Assembly: GCA_037916975.1 (NCBI GenBank)
Contig: JBAIWX010000009.1
Coordinates: 1 to 61,584 of the forward strand
DNA length: 61,584 nucleotides
Origin: Gemmatimonadales bacterium
Lineage (GTDB): Bacteria > Gemmatimonadota > Gemmatimonadetes > Gemmatimonadales > GWC2-71-9
Direction of reading: 5' to 3'
The notes beneath the pieces were generated by a model, which was not told the DNA's origin, made no database searches, and was given only the letters and a program-made list of their open reading frames with translations. This document shows, piece after piece, positions 27,632-35,369 of the stretch. How positions within the stretch are numbered: position 1 is the first letter of the stretch; the number at the start of each line of letters is the position of its first letter. The position numbers and the translations under genes were made by a program.

Positions 27632-28300
27632 GTGGCCACCAAGGACCGGCGCGTGGACGCCTACATCGCCCGCGCGGCGCCGTTCGCGCGGCCGGTGCTC
27701 GCGCACCTGCGGAGCGTGGTGCACGCGGCGGTGCCGGATGTCGAGGAGACGATCAAGTGGGGTCACCCGTTCTTCATGCGGGGACGGGTCGTCTGCTGGA
27801 TGGCCGCCTTCAAGGCGCACTGCGGCTTCGGGTTCTGGCGGCAGGCGCGGCTCGCCGAGGGCCTGCCGCCGCGCGTCCAGGGTGCAATGGGCCACTTCGG
27901 CCGCCTCACCTCGGTGAAGGACCTCCCGCCACGCCGCACCCTCGCGATGCTCGTTCGCCGTGCCGCGGCACTCGTCGCGCCGGCTGCGGCCGCCACCGCG
28001 AAGGGCCGGACCTCGCGAAAGGGTACGAAGGCCAGCCCGCGCGGGGACACCCGCGCCGCGCCCCGCCGGGCCGCCAAACCCGTGGCGGTGCCCAGCGCGC
28101 TGGCGGCGGCGCTCCGCAACGACACGAAGGCCCGCGCCGCGTTCCGCGCGCTCGCTCCCAGCCACCAGCGCGAGTACGCCGAGTGGATCGGGGAGGCGAA
28201 GCGGGAGGAGACCGTGGCGCGCCGTGTCGCGACGGCGCTCGCGCGGCTCGTGGAAGGGAAGTCGCGGAACTGGAAGTACGAACGATCGCGCCGGACGTGA
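27632..28300 (+). CDS. DUF1801 (YdhG-like) plus YdeI/OmpD-associated domain protein
   Basis: GTG 27632 follows CAGGAGG. It carries VDAYIARAAPFARPVLAHLR, IKWGHPFF, a basic linker, then FRALAPSHQREYAEWIGEAKREETVARRV. Confidence 0.7.
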   Translation: MATKDRRVDAYIARAAPFARPVLAHLRSVVHAAVPDVEETIKWGHPFFMRGRVVCWMAAFKAHCGFGFWRQARLAEGLPPRVQGAMGHFGRLTSVKDLPPRRTLAMLVRRAAALVAPAAAATAKGRTSRKGTKASPRGDTRAAPRRAAKPVAVPSALAAALRNDTKARAAFRALAPSHQREYAEWIGEAKREETVARRVATALARLVEGKSRNWKYERSRRT

Positions 28301-28331
28301 GACGGGGGCGCGCCCCTGGCACCTTCGCCGG

Positions 28332-29444
28332 TCAGCGTCCCTCGGCGTCGAATAGTTCGACCAGCCGGCGTTCCGCCACCAGCACGAGGCGGGACGCCGG
28401 CGCGTTCGTCTCGAACAGAACGCCCAGGCCGGGACGGCTGTCGCGGATGAAGACCGGCCCCGCAACCGCCAGCCGGCGCCGCGCACTGCCGCGCACCAGC
28501 GTGAGCTCGGTGCGTTCCGCGCCCCGGCCATCCACCACGTAGTCGGCCAGCAGCACCCCATCGTACAGCGCCGCGATGCCGACCGCGATCGGCGCGTCGG
28601 GATCCACCGACAGCGCCAGCGCCTCACCGCGGGACTTCGCGCCGGCGGTGCGCGGCCGCGCGAGCGCGAAAAGCGATTCGGGCGGCGCGCCTGGCGCACA
28701 GCTCCACGTGACGACGCGCGGATCGGGACCGTAGTCGTGCCGCAGCACCGCGCCGCCCACGCCCGAGACCAGGCCGTGCGCCTTCCCGAACCCATGCGTC
28801 TCGCCGGGGACCGGCGGCTCGAGCAGCTCGACGGCACGCGGCGGTCCGTCGAGCGCGGCGGGAAGGACGTGGAGCCACGGTACCTGCCCCAGCGCCGACG
28901 TGGCGCCGGGGCCGTAGACGAGCCAGCGATCGCCGCAGGCGCCGAGGACGCCCATGGCGCGGAGCGGGGCGTAGCTCCGCTGCGCGAGCAGCCGTCCGTC
29001 GGTCGCGTACAGGCTCAGCCGGCCGGTGGCATCGGCGAGGAGGAGCGAGTCGTCCCCCAGGGCGCCAAGCGCCAGGGGCATGCGCGCCTCCAGCGCCGCG
29101 CCCCCCTGCCCGACGAACCGCGCCTCGGCGGCGCCGTCCCACCGGTGCACGCGCACGAAGGGCGGTTCGGCCGCGAGCACCGCGACGCGGCGGGACCCCT
29201 CGAGGATCCGCGCCGCCACGACGGTGGCCGGCGGCTCGGCGTCCGCGCCGGTTGGCCCGCCGATCACGGCCAGGTGGCTCGCGTGATCGTCCAGGAACCG
29301 ACGTGCCTCGACGGAAAGCGGCATCGTTCGCTGGCACCCCGTGAGCAGGAGGAGGAGGACGATCACGCTCCGGCACGCGAGGCCGAGCCGGTACAGGCAC
29401 CAGCGGACGCGCACCGATCGCGGGCGCGGCGGCCGGCTACGCAT
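28332..29444 (-). CDS. Hypothetical lipoprotein (P1), translationally coupled to the upstream Cys-rich peptide gene
   Basis: Lipobox VIVLLLLLTGC. Its ATG at 29444 overlaps the last codons and the TAG of the peptide gene (TGTTATGCGTAG). The sequence looks beta-rich. Confidence 0.65.
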   Translation of the reverse strand: MRSRPPRPRSVRVRWCLYRLGLACRSVIVLLLLLTGCQRTMPLSVEARRFLDDHASHLAVIGGPTGADAEPPATVVAARILEGSRRVAVLAAEPPFVRVHRWDGAAEARFVGQGGAALEARMPLALGALGDDSLLLADATGRLSLYATDGRLLAQRSYAPLRAMGVLGACGDRWLVYGPGATSALGQVPWLHVLPAALDGPPRAVELLEPPVPGETHGFGKAHGLVSGVGGAVLRHDYGPDPRVVTWSCAPGAPPESLFALARPRTAGAKSRGEALALSVDPDAPIAVGIAALYDGVLLADYVVDGRGAERTELTLVRGSARRRLAVAGPVFIRDSRPGLGVLFETNAPASRLVLVAERRLVELFDAEGR

Positions 29445-29700
29445 AACAGCAGACCGGGTCGCCGTCCTCGACGCGCCGGTAGATGCACTCTACCACGAAC
29501 ACGTAGGAGATGCAGGTGCTGTAGGCGTAGATCATCCCGTTGCGCTCGATGAGGAACCCGTGGGTCCCGATGCAGGCGGCGTCGCAGGCCTTGGCCGCCC
29601 GTGCGGTTCGCGGGGTGACGACGAGGAGGGCGAGCGCGGCGAGCGCTGTGCAGGCCGCGAGGATCGTCGTGCGGCGCGGGGGTCGGTGGTCTCGGCGCAT
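29437..29700 (-). CDS. Small secreted cysteine-rich peptide (87-aa precursor, roughly 52-aa mature form with 6 Cys)
   Basis: ATG 29700 with GGAG about 10 nt upstream. It gives MRRDHRPPRRTTILAACTALAALALLVVTPRTARA / AKACDAACIGTHGFLIERNGMIYAYSTCISYVFVVECIYRRVEDGDPVCCYA. GC3 remains high. Confidence 0.6.
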   Translation of the reverse strand: MRRDHRPPRRTTILAACTALAALALLVVTPRTARAAKACDAACIGTHGFLIERNGMIYAYSTCISYVFVVECIYRRVEDGDPVCCYA

Positions 29701-29819
29701 GGCAAGAGTCTCCGGTCGGGACAGGGACACGTGGAGCGTGACGCCACACCCTGCACCGCCGCGCTCAAGCCCGGCTCAACCGACGCTCATGGCCGCGTAC
29801 CGCACCGCCCGGATGCGAG

Positions 29820-29847
29820 CACGGGGGCGCCGGCCGGCGCCCCCGTG
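29820..29847 (-). terminator. Perfect 28-nt GC palindrome just downstream of the P2 stop
   Basis: CACGGGGGCGCCGG/CCGGCGCCCCCGTG, located 27 nt after the P2 stop codon on the minus strand. Confidence 0.5.
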
Positions 29848-29873
29848 TCTCCGTTCCCTCCACCGCCCGCGCC

Positions 29874-31037
29874 TCAGGGGAGCGGATAGCGCCCCAGGTA
29901 CTGCAGGTCGTCCGCGTCCGAGCGCGCAACGTACACCGACTTCGCGCCGAACCCGACCACCCGGCTCTCCGCCGGCAGCACCACCTGCTTCACGAGCGCC
30001 CCCGACGCGTCGAAGACGTCGTAGGTCGGGGCGCTCCCCGCGGGCATCGAGCGGCGCACCCAGAGCTGTCCGTTCGGCGCCGCCAGCGTTGCGTTCTCGA
30101 CGAACGGCGGCTTCGACTCGGGGAAGTTGACCTCCGGCTCCTGCGGTGGCGGCGCGCTGCCCGGCGCCGGGCCGCCGCGCGTGATGGTCATCCGCCCGCG
30201 CGGGTTCCGCATGCGCTTGAGGATCTCCTCTTTGTCCGCGGCACCGACCTTGACCGGCTGGTAGCGGACCGCCGGTCCCGCCACCGCCTTCCCCGACGCC
30301 GGCACCCAGTCCACGTGGTAGTCGCCGACGCGCGCGATGCCCACGACCCCCTGGCCCGTCACCGCCCAGTCGTCCTGCGGCGCGAAGGGCTCCTGCCGGA
30401 TCATGATGGACCGCGCGGCCTGCCCGCCCGACACCTTGATGCCGAGGTTCGGCCCCTTGATCCGCGCGATCGTGTCCAGCGCGTTCGTCGCCCGGTTCCA
30501 CCGCAGCACCGGCACGGTGTCCGGCACCTGCGCCTGCGGGTTCACCTGCATCGTGCCGCCGCCGAAGGCGAAGGGGGAGCCCTGCAGGTAGAGCCGCCCC
30601 TGCTGGTCGGCACCCCTGAAGGAGACCATGCCGCCCAGCTTCTCGGGGAAGGGGATGTTGCCGGCGGCCTTCCCGTCGGGACCGACGCGGAAGAAGCGCC
30701 GCTGGATCGGGTCGGGGACCAGCGTCGTGTCGCCCGGCAGCGCGATGACGCCGCGCGGGAACTGGTACTCGTTCGGGCCCTGCCCCTCCCGCCCCACCTG
30801 CGTCACCGTGCCACTCGCGAAGTCGGCCACGGAGACCGTCTTCGCGAACACGTCCGCCACCACCACGCGGCCGTCCCGGAGCTCGCGCACGCCGGCGACC
30901 ATGTCGAACGGGTCGGCCAGTTCGGCCGCGGGCTTCGACAGCGTGACCACGGCGGGCTTCCCCTGCGCGTGCAGCGCGGCGGCGAGCAGCAGGATGGACG
31001 GCGACAGCACGGCGACCCGCACGGACGGGCGGCGCAT
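29874..31037 (-). CDS. Secreted beta-propeller-like hypothetical protein (P2), paralogue of 38089..39177 and 39201..40304
   Basis: The internal ATG at 31037 gives MRRPSVRVAVLSPSILLLAAALHAQG (signal peptide). Its C-terminal block GQLWVRRSMPAGSAPTYDVFDASGALVKQVVLP is shared with P3 and P4. Confidence 0.7.
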   Translation of the reverse strand: MRRPSVRVAVLSPSILLLAAALHAQGKPAVVTLSKPAAELADPFDMVAGVRELRDGRVVVADVFAKTVSVADFASGTVTQVGREGQGPNEYQFPRGVIALPGDTTLVPDPIQRRFFRVGPDGKAAGNIPFPEKLGGMVSFRGADQQGRLYLQGSPFAFGGGTMQVNPQAQVPDTVPVLRWNRATNALDTIARIKGPNLGIKVSGGQAARSIMIRQEPFAPQDDWAVTGQGVVGIARVGDYHVDWVPASGKAVAGPAVRYQPVKVGAADKEEILKRMRNPRGRMTITRGGPAPGSAPPPQEPEVNFPESKPPFVENATLAAPNGQLWVRRSMPAGSAPTYDVFDASGALVKQVVLPAESRVVGFGAKSVYVARSDADDLQYLGRYPLP

Positions 31038-31142
31038 CGGGACCTCGCAGGTTGGTGGGGCATCACGGCCCGCCACGCGGTCGGCAGGCTCGCTTGCTGG
31101 GATGCCTCGCCGCCCCGGAGGGTCGCAGGAGCCCGAACGCGA

Positions 31143-31172
31143 GGCGGCCCCGGGAAGTTTCCCGGGGCCGCC
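31143..31172 (-). terminator. Perfect 14+14 inverted repeat downstream of the small ORF and upstream of P2
   Basis: GGCGGCCCCGGGAA-gt-TTCCCGGGGCCGCC. Confidence 0.5.
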
Positions 31173-31221
31173 CTCAGCTCGATCCATCGCGCGTCCGCCG
31201 CGGTCGCCCAGGCCGCCGGGC

Positions 31222-31410
31222 TCACGGCTGGGGCTGCTGCGGAATCGCCGTCCCGCCGCCCGATTCCCGCGCCGGCCTGAGGAGGAGGACCGTCGGCGCG
31301 CCGGGCCCGAGCGCCCCCGGCCCGGGGACCCGCACCACCCCCGCCACGCGCCCGCGTTCGTCGCGGACCTCGGCCACGGCGATGCCGTTCGGGTTCGTCC
31401 GGTGCGTCAT
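31222..31410 (-). CDS. Small ORF (62 aa) forming a self-contained unit divergent from the ECF sigma operon
   Basis: MTHRTNPNGIAVAEVRDERGRVAGVVRVPGPGALGPGAPTVLLLRPARESGGGTAIPQQPQP. A strong SD is present (CCCGAGGAGGACCCC-ATG). An ECF-like promoter lies upstream and a perfect palindrome 50 nt downstream. Confidence 0.4.
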   Translation of the reverse strand: MTHRTNPNGIAVAEVRDERGRVAGVVRVPGPGALGPGAPTVLLLRPARESGGGTAIPQQPQP

Positions 31411-31472
31411 GGGGTCCTCCTCGGGTCTCGGGTCCATCCGGTCCGGGCGGCGCCCCGGCCGCCCACACTTCC

Positions 31473-31499
31473 TGAGATGCATCCAATCCCGTGAAGGTT
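31473..31499 (-). promoter_or_regulatory. ECF-type promoter candidate (site A) for the small ORF
   Basis: The minus strand reads CGCAACCTT-CACGGGATTGGATGCA(16)-TCTCA, located in a locally AT-richer patch. Confidence 0.4.
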
Positions 31500-31557
31500 G
31501 CGTAAGGGCCTCCCCCACCCGGCCGGTCGGCCAGGCCCAGGGGGCCCCCCCCCACGC

Positions 31558-31585
31558 AACCCTATTCGGCGGGGGCGGTGTCAGA
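31558..31585 (+). promoter_or_regulatory. ECF-type promoter candidate (site C), probably the autoregulated promoter of the sigma/anti-sigma operon
   Basis: GCAACCCT-ATTCGGCGGGGGCGGTG(17)-TCAGA, ending 38 nt upstream of the GTG start at 31624. Confidence 0.4.
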
Positions 31586-31623
31586 GGGACGTCACGCAGG
31601 CCGTACCACCCGCGGGGATCACA

Positions 31624-32157
31624 GTGGACGAACCGGAACTGATCGCCCGCACCCTCGCGGGAGACCCGGCGGCGGAACGGGCGCTGTTCGAGGCGCACGT
31701 GGACCGGGTCTACCGGCTCGCGTACCGGATCACGGGCGATCCGGACGTGGCGCAGGACTGTGCGCAGGACACCTTCATCCGCGCCTTCCAGCGCCTCGGG
31801 ACCTTCCGGGGCGATTCGAAGCTCGGCACCTGGCTCGGAGCCATCGCCATCTCCACCGCGCTCAATGCGGTGCGGAGCCGGAAGCGGGGGGAGCGGTTCA
31901 GCGCCCCCCTCGACGAGGCGGTCGAGTCGGGGCAGCTCCCCGTCGCCGCGGACCCGGACCTCCGGGACCGGCTCCATGCGGCGATCGACGGCCTCCCCGA
32001 CGGCTACCGGACGGTGTTCCTCCTGCACGACGTGGAGGGCTACACCCACGAGGAGATCGGGCAGCTCCTCGGCGTGCAGTCCGGGACCTCGAAGGCCCAG
32101 CTGTTCCGCGCCCGCGCGAAGCTGCGCGACGCGCTCGCGGATTTCGCGCTCGGCTGA
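31624..32157 (+). CDS. ECF (group IV) RNA polymerase sigma factor
   Basis: GTG 31624. It carries LFEAHVDRVYRLAYRITGDPDVAQDCAQDTFIRAF (region 2) and YRTVFLLHDVEGYTHEEIGQLLGVQSGTSKAQLFRARAKLR (region 4). Confidence 0.9.
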   Translation: MDEPELIARTLAGDPAAERALFEAHVDRVYRLAYRITGDPDVAQDCAQDTFIRAFQRLGTFRGDSKLGTWLGAIAISTALNAVRSRKRGERFSAPLDEAVESGQLPVAADPDLRDRLHAAIDGLPDGYRTVFLLHDVEGYTHEEIGQLLGVQSGTSKAQLFRARAKLRDALADFALG

Positions 32158-32176
32158 GCGCGCGAGGAGACGAGAG

Positions 32177-32905
32177 ATGAGCGACACCCCGCAGGACGAG
32201 GCCCCGCTGGACCCCCGGCTCCAGGAGCTGGCGCGGAGCTACAACGCGCCGCCCCCGCCGCCGCGCGCGGCGATCTGGGAGGCGGTCCGCGCGGCGCGCG
32301 AGGCGGAACGCACCGGCCGCACGGCCGCTCCGGCCGGGACGTCGGGTCCGGCGGCGCCGGGCGGCGCCGACGTGCTCCCGCTCGAGCGGCGTGGCCCGCG
32401 GACGCGGCGCCTCGCGCCCTGGGCGCTCCCCCTCGCCGCCGCGGCGCTGCTCGCCGTCGGCATCGGGATCGGGCGCCGCATGGGCCGCGGCCCGGTCGGG
32501 ACGCCGGTCGCCGTGGCGCCCGCTCCCGCCGCGGGGCAGCCGAGTCCTGCGCTCGAGGCGGCCGCGATCGCGCACCTGCGCCAGGCCGAGACGTACCTCA
32601 CCCTCTTCCGCGCGTCGGTGGGCGGGCCGGAGGAGACGGGGGCGCTGCCGGTGCGCACCGCGCGCGAGCTCCTCGCGAGCAACCGCCTCCTCCTCGACTC
32701 CCCGGTCCGGAACGACCCGCGCCTCGCGCCGCTGCTCGAGGACCTCGAGCTCGTGCTCGCGCAGATCGCGCAGCTCGGCGGCACGCCGGGCCGGACCGAC
32801 CTCGACCTGATCACCAGCGACCTCGACCATGGCGACGTCCTCGCGCGGCTGCGCGGGGCGGTGCCCGCCGCCACCCGGCGGCCGATTCCCCAGGGAGTGC
32901 TCTGA
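32177..32905 (+). CDS. Anti-sigma factor (single-pass membrane protein)
   Basis: ATG 32177 lies 20 nt after the sigma stop. There is one TM segment (LAPWALPLAAAALLAVGIGIG) and a periplasmic helical C-terminal part. Confidence 0.65.
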   Translation: MSDTPQDEAPLDPRLQELARSYNAPPPPPRAAIWEAVRAAREAERTGRTAAPAGTSGPAAPGGADVLPLERRGPRTRRLAPWALPLAAAALLAVGIGIGRRMGRGPVGTPVAVAPAPAAGQPSPALEAAAIAHLRQAETYLTLFRASVGGPEETGALPVRTARELLASNRLLLDSPVRNDPRLAPLLEDLELVLAQIAQLGGTPGRTDLDLITSDLDHGDVLARLRGAVPAATRRPIPQGVL

Positions 32906-34515
32906 TGTCCCGCGCCCTCGCGTCCCTCGTGCTCCTCGCCGCCGCGCCGCTCCCCGCGCAGGTGGTGGCCCCGACGCCCCCGGCCGCGCCCGGCACCTGG
33001 ACGGTGCCCAGCGCGCCGCTGGCGCTCGCGCCGATGGCCCCGCGCCTCGCGGCGATCACCGCACGGGGAGAGCGGCTCGCCCCGCTCGCGGCACTGGCGG
33101 CCGTGGAGGGCGCCGCCGCGCCGGAGCGCACCCCGCCCGCCGCCTGGCTGCAGGGCGACCCGGCCGACTCCCTCTACCGCGCCGCGCGGCAGCTCCTCGC
33201 GCGCGGGCGGTACGCGGACGCGGCGAACGCATTCCGCGAGGTGCCCCGGCGCTACCCGCGCTCGGGCTACGTGGCGGAGTCGTACTACTGGCACGCCTTC
33301 GCGCTCCAGCGCCTGGGAGGCACGACCAACCTGCGCGTGGCGCTCGCCTCGCTCGAGCAGCAGCGCAGGGCGCTCCCGGCGCGCGGCGAGGACGCCGAGC
33401 GCAAGCGTTCGGAGAACGAGGCGCTCGCCGCGCGGATCCGCGCGCAGCTCGCCTCGCAGGGCGATGCCGACGCCGCGGCCGAGGTGGCGGAGGCAGCCGA
33501 GGCCGCCGCGGCGCCCGAACCCCCCGAGCCGCCCGTGGCGGTCACCGCGAGCGGGCGTGCGCCGCGGCCCCCGCGCCCCCCGCGGCCGCCCCGGGGCGGC
33601 GTGACCGTGCACGACGGCGACGACGACGCCTGCGACAACGAGGACGACGTGGCGACGGCGGCGCTGCAGGGGCTGATGCAGATGGACAGCGAGCGCGCGA
33701 TGCCGGTGCTCCGTAAGGTGCTCGCGCGGCGCGACCCGGGCTCCTACTGCCTGCGGCGGCGCGCGGTGTTCATCGTGGCGCAGCAGCACGGCGAGGGGAC
33801 GGAGCGCACGCTGCTCGAGGTGGCGCGGACCGACCCCGACGCCGGGGTGCGCGGGCAGGCGGTGTTCTGGCTGTCGCAGGTGCAGGGGCCGGCGGCGGTG
33901 GCGGCGCTCGACTCGATCCTCCGCACCTCGAAGGACTCGGCGGTGCAGGAGAAGGCGATCTTCGCGATCGCGCAGCAGCAGGACCCGAAGGCGGCCGACC
34001 TGCTGCGCGACTACGCCGCGCGCGACGGCGCGCCGGAGGAGCTCCGCGCGCAGGCCATCTTCTGGCTCGGCCAGCGCCGCGAGCCCGTGAGCACCGCGTT
34101 CCTGCGCGACCTGTACGGGAAGCTCCGGAACGAGGAGCTCAAGCGGCGGATCCTCTTCGCCGTCTCGCAGGGCGGCGACGAGGGGGCGGGGGCCTGGCTC
34201 GCGGAGATCGCGCGGAACCGCGCGGAGCCGATCGAGGTCCGCAAGCAGGCGCTCTTCTGGGCGGGCCAGCGCGGCGCCTCCACGGCGGAGATCGCGACGC
34301 TGTACGCGCAGCTCGACGACCCGGAGATGAAGCGCCAGGCGGTGTTCGTGCTCGCGCAGCGGCGCGACCGCGCCGCGGTGGACCAGTTGATCACGATCGC
34401 GAAGACGGAGAAGGACCCGGAGATCCGCCGCACCGCGATCTTCTGGCTCGGCCAGAGCCGCGACCCGCGGGCCGCCGAGGCGCTCGAGCAGTTCCTGACG
34501 GGAGAGCAGAAGTGA
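32905..34515 (+). CDS. Secreted TPR/HEAT-repeat protein (HEAT-1)
   Basis: The ATG overlaps the anti-sigma stop by 1 nt. It has a signal peptide, a YbgF-like TPR segment, an acidic/Pro-rich linker, then 8 repeats carrying A(V/I/L)Fxxx(Q), such as AVFWLSQ and AIFWLGQ. Confidence 0.8.
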   Translation: MSRALASLVLLAAAPLPAQVVAPTPPAAPGTWTVPSAPLALAPMAPRLAAITARGERLAPLAALAAVEGAAAPERTPPAAWLQGDPADSLYRAARQLLARGRYADAANAFREVPRRYPRSGYVAESYYWHAFALQRLGGTTNLRVALASLEQQRRALPARGEDAERKRSENEALAARIRAQLASQGDADAAAEVAEAAEAAAAPEPPEPPVAVTASGRAPRPPRPPRPPRGGVTVHDGDDDACDNEDDVATAALQGLMQMDSERAMPVLRKVLARRDPGSYCLRRRAVFIVAQQHGEGTERTLLEVARTDPDAGVRGQAVFWLSQVQGPAAVAALDSILRTSKDSAVQEKAIFAIAQQQDPKAADLLRDYAARDGAPEELRAQAIFWLGQRREPVSTAFLRDLYGKLRNEELKRRILFAVSQGGDEGAGAWLAEIARNRAEPIEVRKQALFWAGQRGASTAEIATLYAQLDDPEMKRQAVFVLAQRRDRAAVDQLITIAKTEKDPEIRRTAIFWLGQSRDPRAAEALEQFLTGEQK

Positions 34516-35279
34516 GCACGCGCGCGGTGCTCGTGGCGGCGCTGGCCCTCGCGGCCGGCGCGCGCCCCGCGGCGGCGCAGTCGCTCGCCGAGCGGCTCCG
34601 CCAGGTGGGCACCGGCCCGGTGCGCTTCAGCTTCGCCGCGCGGCCGGACGTCTGCGGCAACGGCGAGAACATCTCGTGGGGCCGCGGCCGGGACCGCGAC
34701 TGGGCAGCGGACTGCGTCGCCGGCCCGGTGCGCGTCTCGCGCGAGCTCGCGCGCGGCACGCTCGTGCGGCTCCGCACGCGGGTCGGCGGCCGCTGGACGG
34801 CGGCCGCCGCGGGCCCCGACCTCGGCCTGGTCCCGGCGCGCGAGGCGGCGGCCTGGTTCCTCGCGCAGGCGGAGGGCGCGGGCCCGAAGGGCGAGGACGC
34901 CATCCTCCCCGTCATCCTCGCCGACAGCGTGGAGGCGTGGCCGCGACTCCTCGACCTCGCGCGGAACCCCGGCGCACCCGCACGCGTCCGGAAGAGTGCC
35001 CTCTTCTGGGTCGGACAGGCCGCGGCCGAGGAGGCCACGGCCGGCCTCGCCGAGGTGGCGGGCGACGCCGGCGCCGAGCGCGAGGTGCGCGAGGCGGCGG
35101 TGTTCGCGCTGTCGCAGCGGCCCGCGGGCGAGGGCGTGCCGGCGCTGCTCCGCGTCGCGCGCACCGACCGCGACCCGAAGGTGCGCCGCTCGGCGATCTT
35201 CTGGCTCGGGCAGGGCGGCGACCCGCGCGCGGTCGCGTTCTTCGAGGAGGTGCTCACCACCCGCGGCGGAGGACGCTGA
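34512..35279 (+). CDS. Secreted HEAT-repeat protein (HEAT-2)
   Basis: GTGA overlap with HEAT-1. Signal peptide MSTRAVLVAALALAAGARPAAAQ. Three repeats of the same type are present: ALFWVGQ, AVFALSQ and AIFWLGQ. Confidence 0.8.
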   Translation: MSTRAVLVAALALAAGARPAAAQSLAERLRQVGTGPVRFSFAARPDVCGNGENISWGRGRDRDWAADCVAGPVRVSRELARGTLVRLRTRVGGRWTAAAAGPDLGLVPAREAAAWFLAQAEGAGPKGEDAILPVILADSVEAWPRLLDLARNPGAPARVRKSALFWVGQAAAEEATAGLAEVAGDAGAEREVREAAVFALSQRPAGEGVPALLRVARTDRDPKVRRSAIFWLGQGGDPRAVAFFEEVLTTRGGGR

Positions 35280-35280
35280 C

Positions 35281-35307
35281 AACCTTTTCCGCGCGGCCGG
35301 CGTCGAA
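35281..35307 (+). promoter_or_regulatory. ECF-type promoter candidate (site B) upstream of the DUF5916-like gene
   Basis: GACAACCTT-TTCCGCGCGGCCGGCG(16)-TCGAA, starting right after the HEAT-2 stop and ending 62 nt upstream of ATG 35370. Confidence 0.4.
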
Positions 35308-35369
35308 TGAGGGAATGCGCTCCCGAGCGGGAGCACTCCACCCGACGATGACGACGAGGTCCCGGCCGC

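Noticed and set aside
29701-29819. The shared CGTCACGC octamer upstream of the Cys-peptide gene and upstream of the ECF sigma gene as a common -10 element.
   Set aside because: In the sigma leader it lies downstream of the better TCAGA -10 candidate. Upstream of the peptide gene no matching -35 (AACCnT) is present at the right distance. It could be chance in GC-rich DNA.
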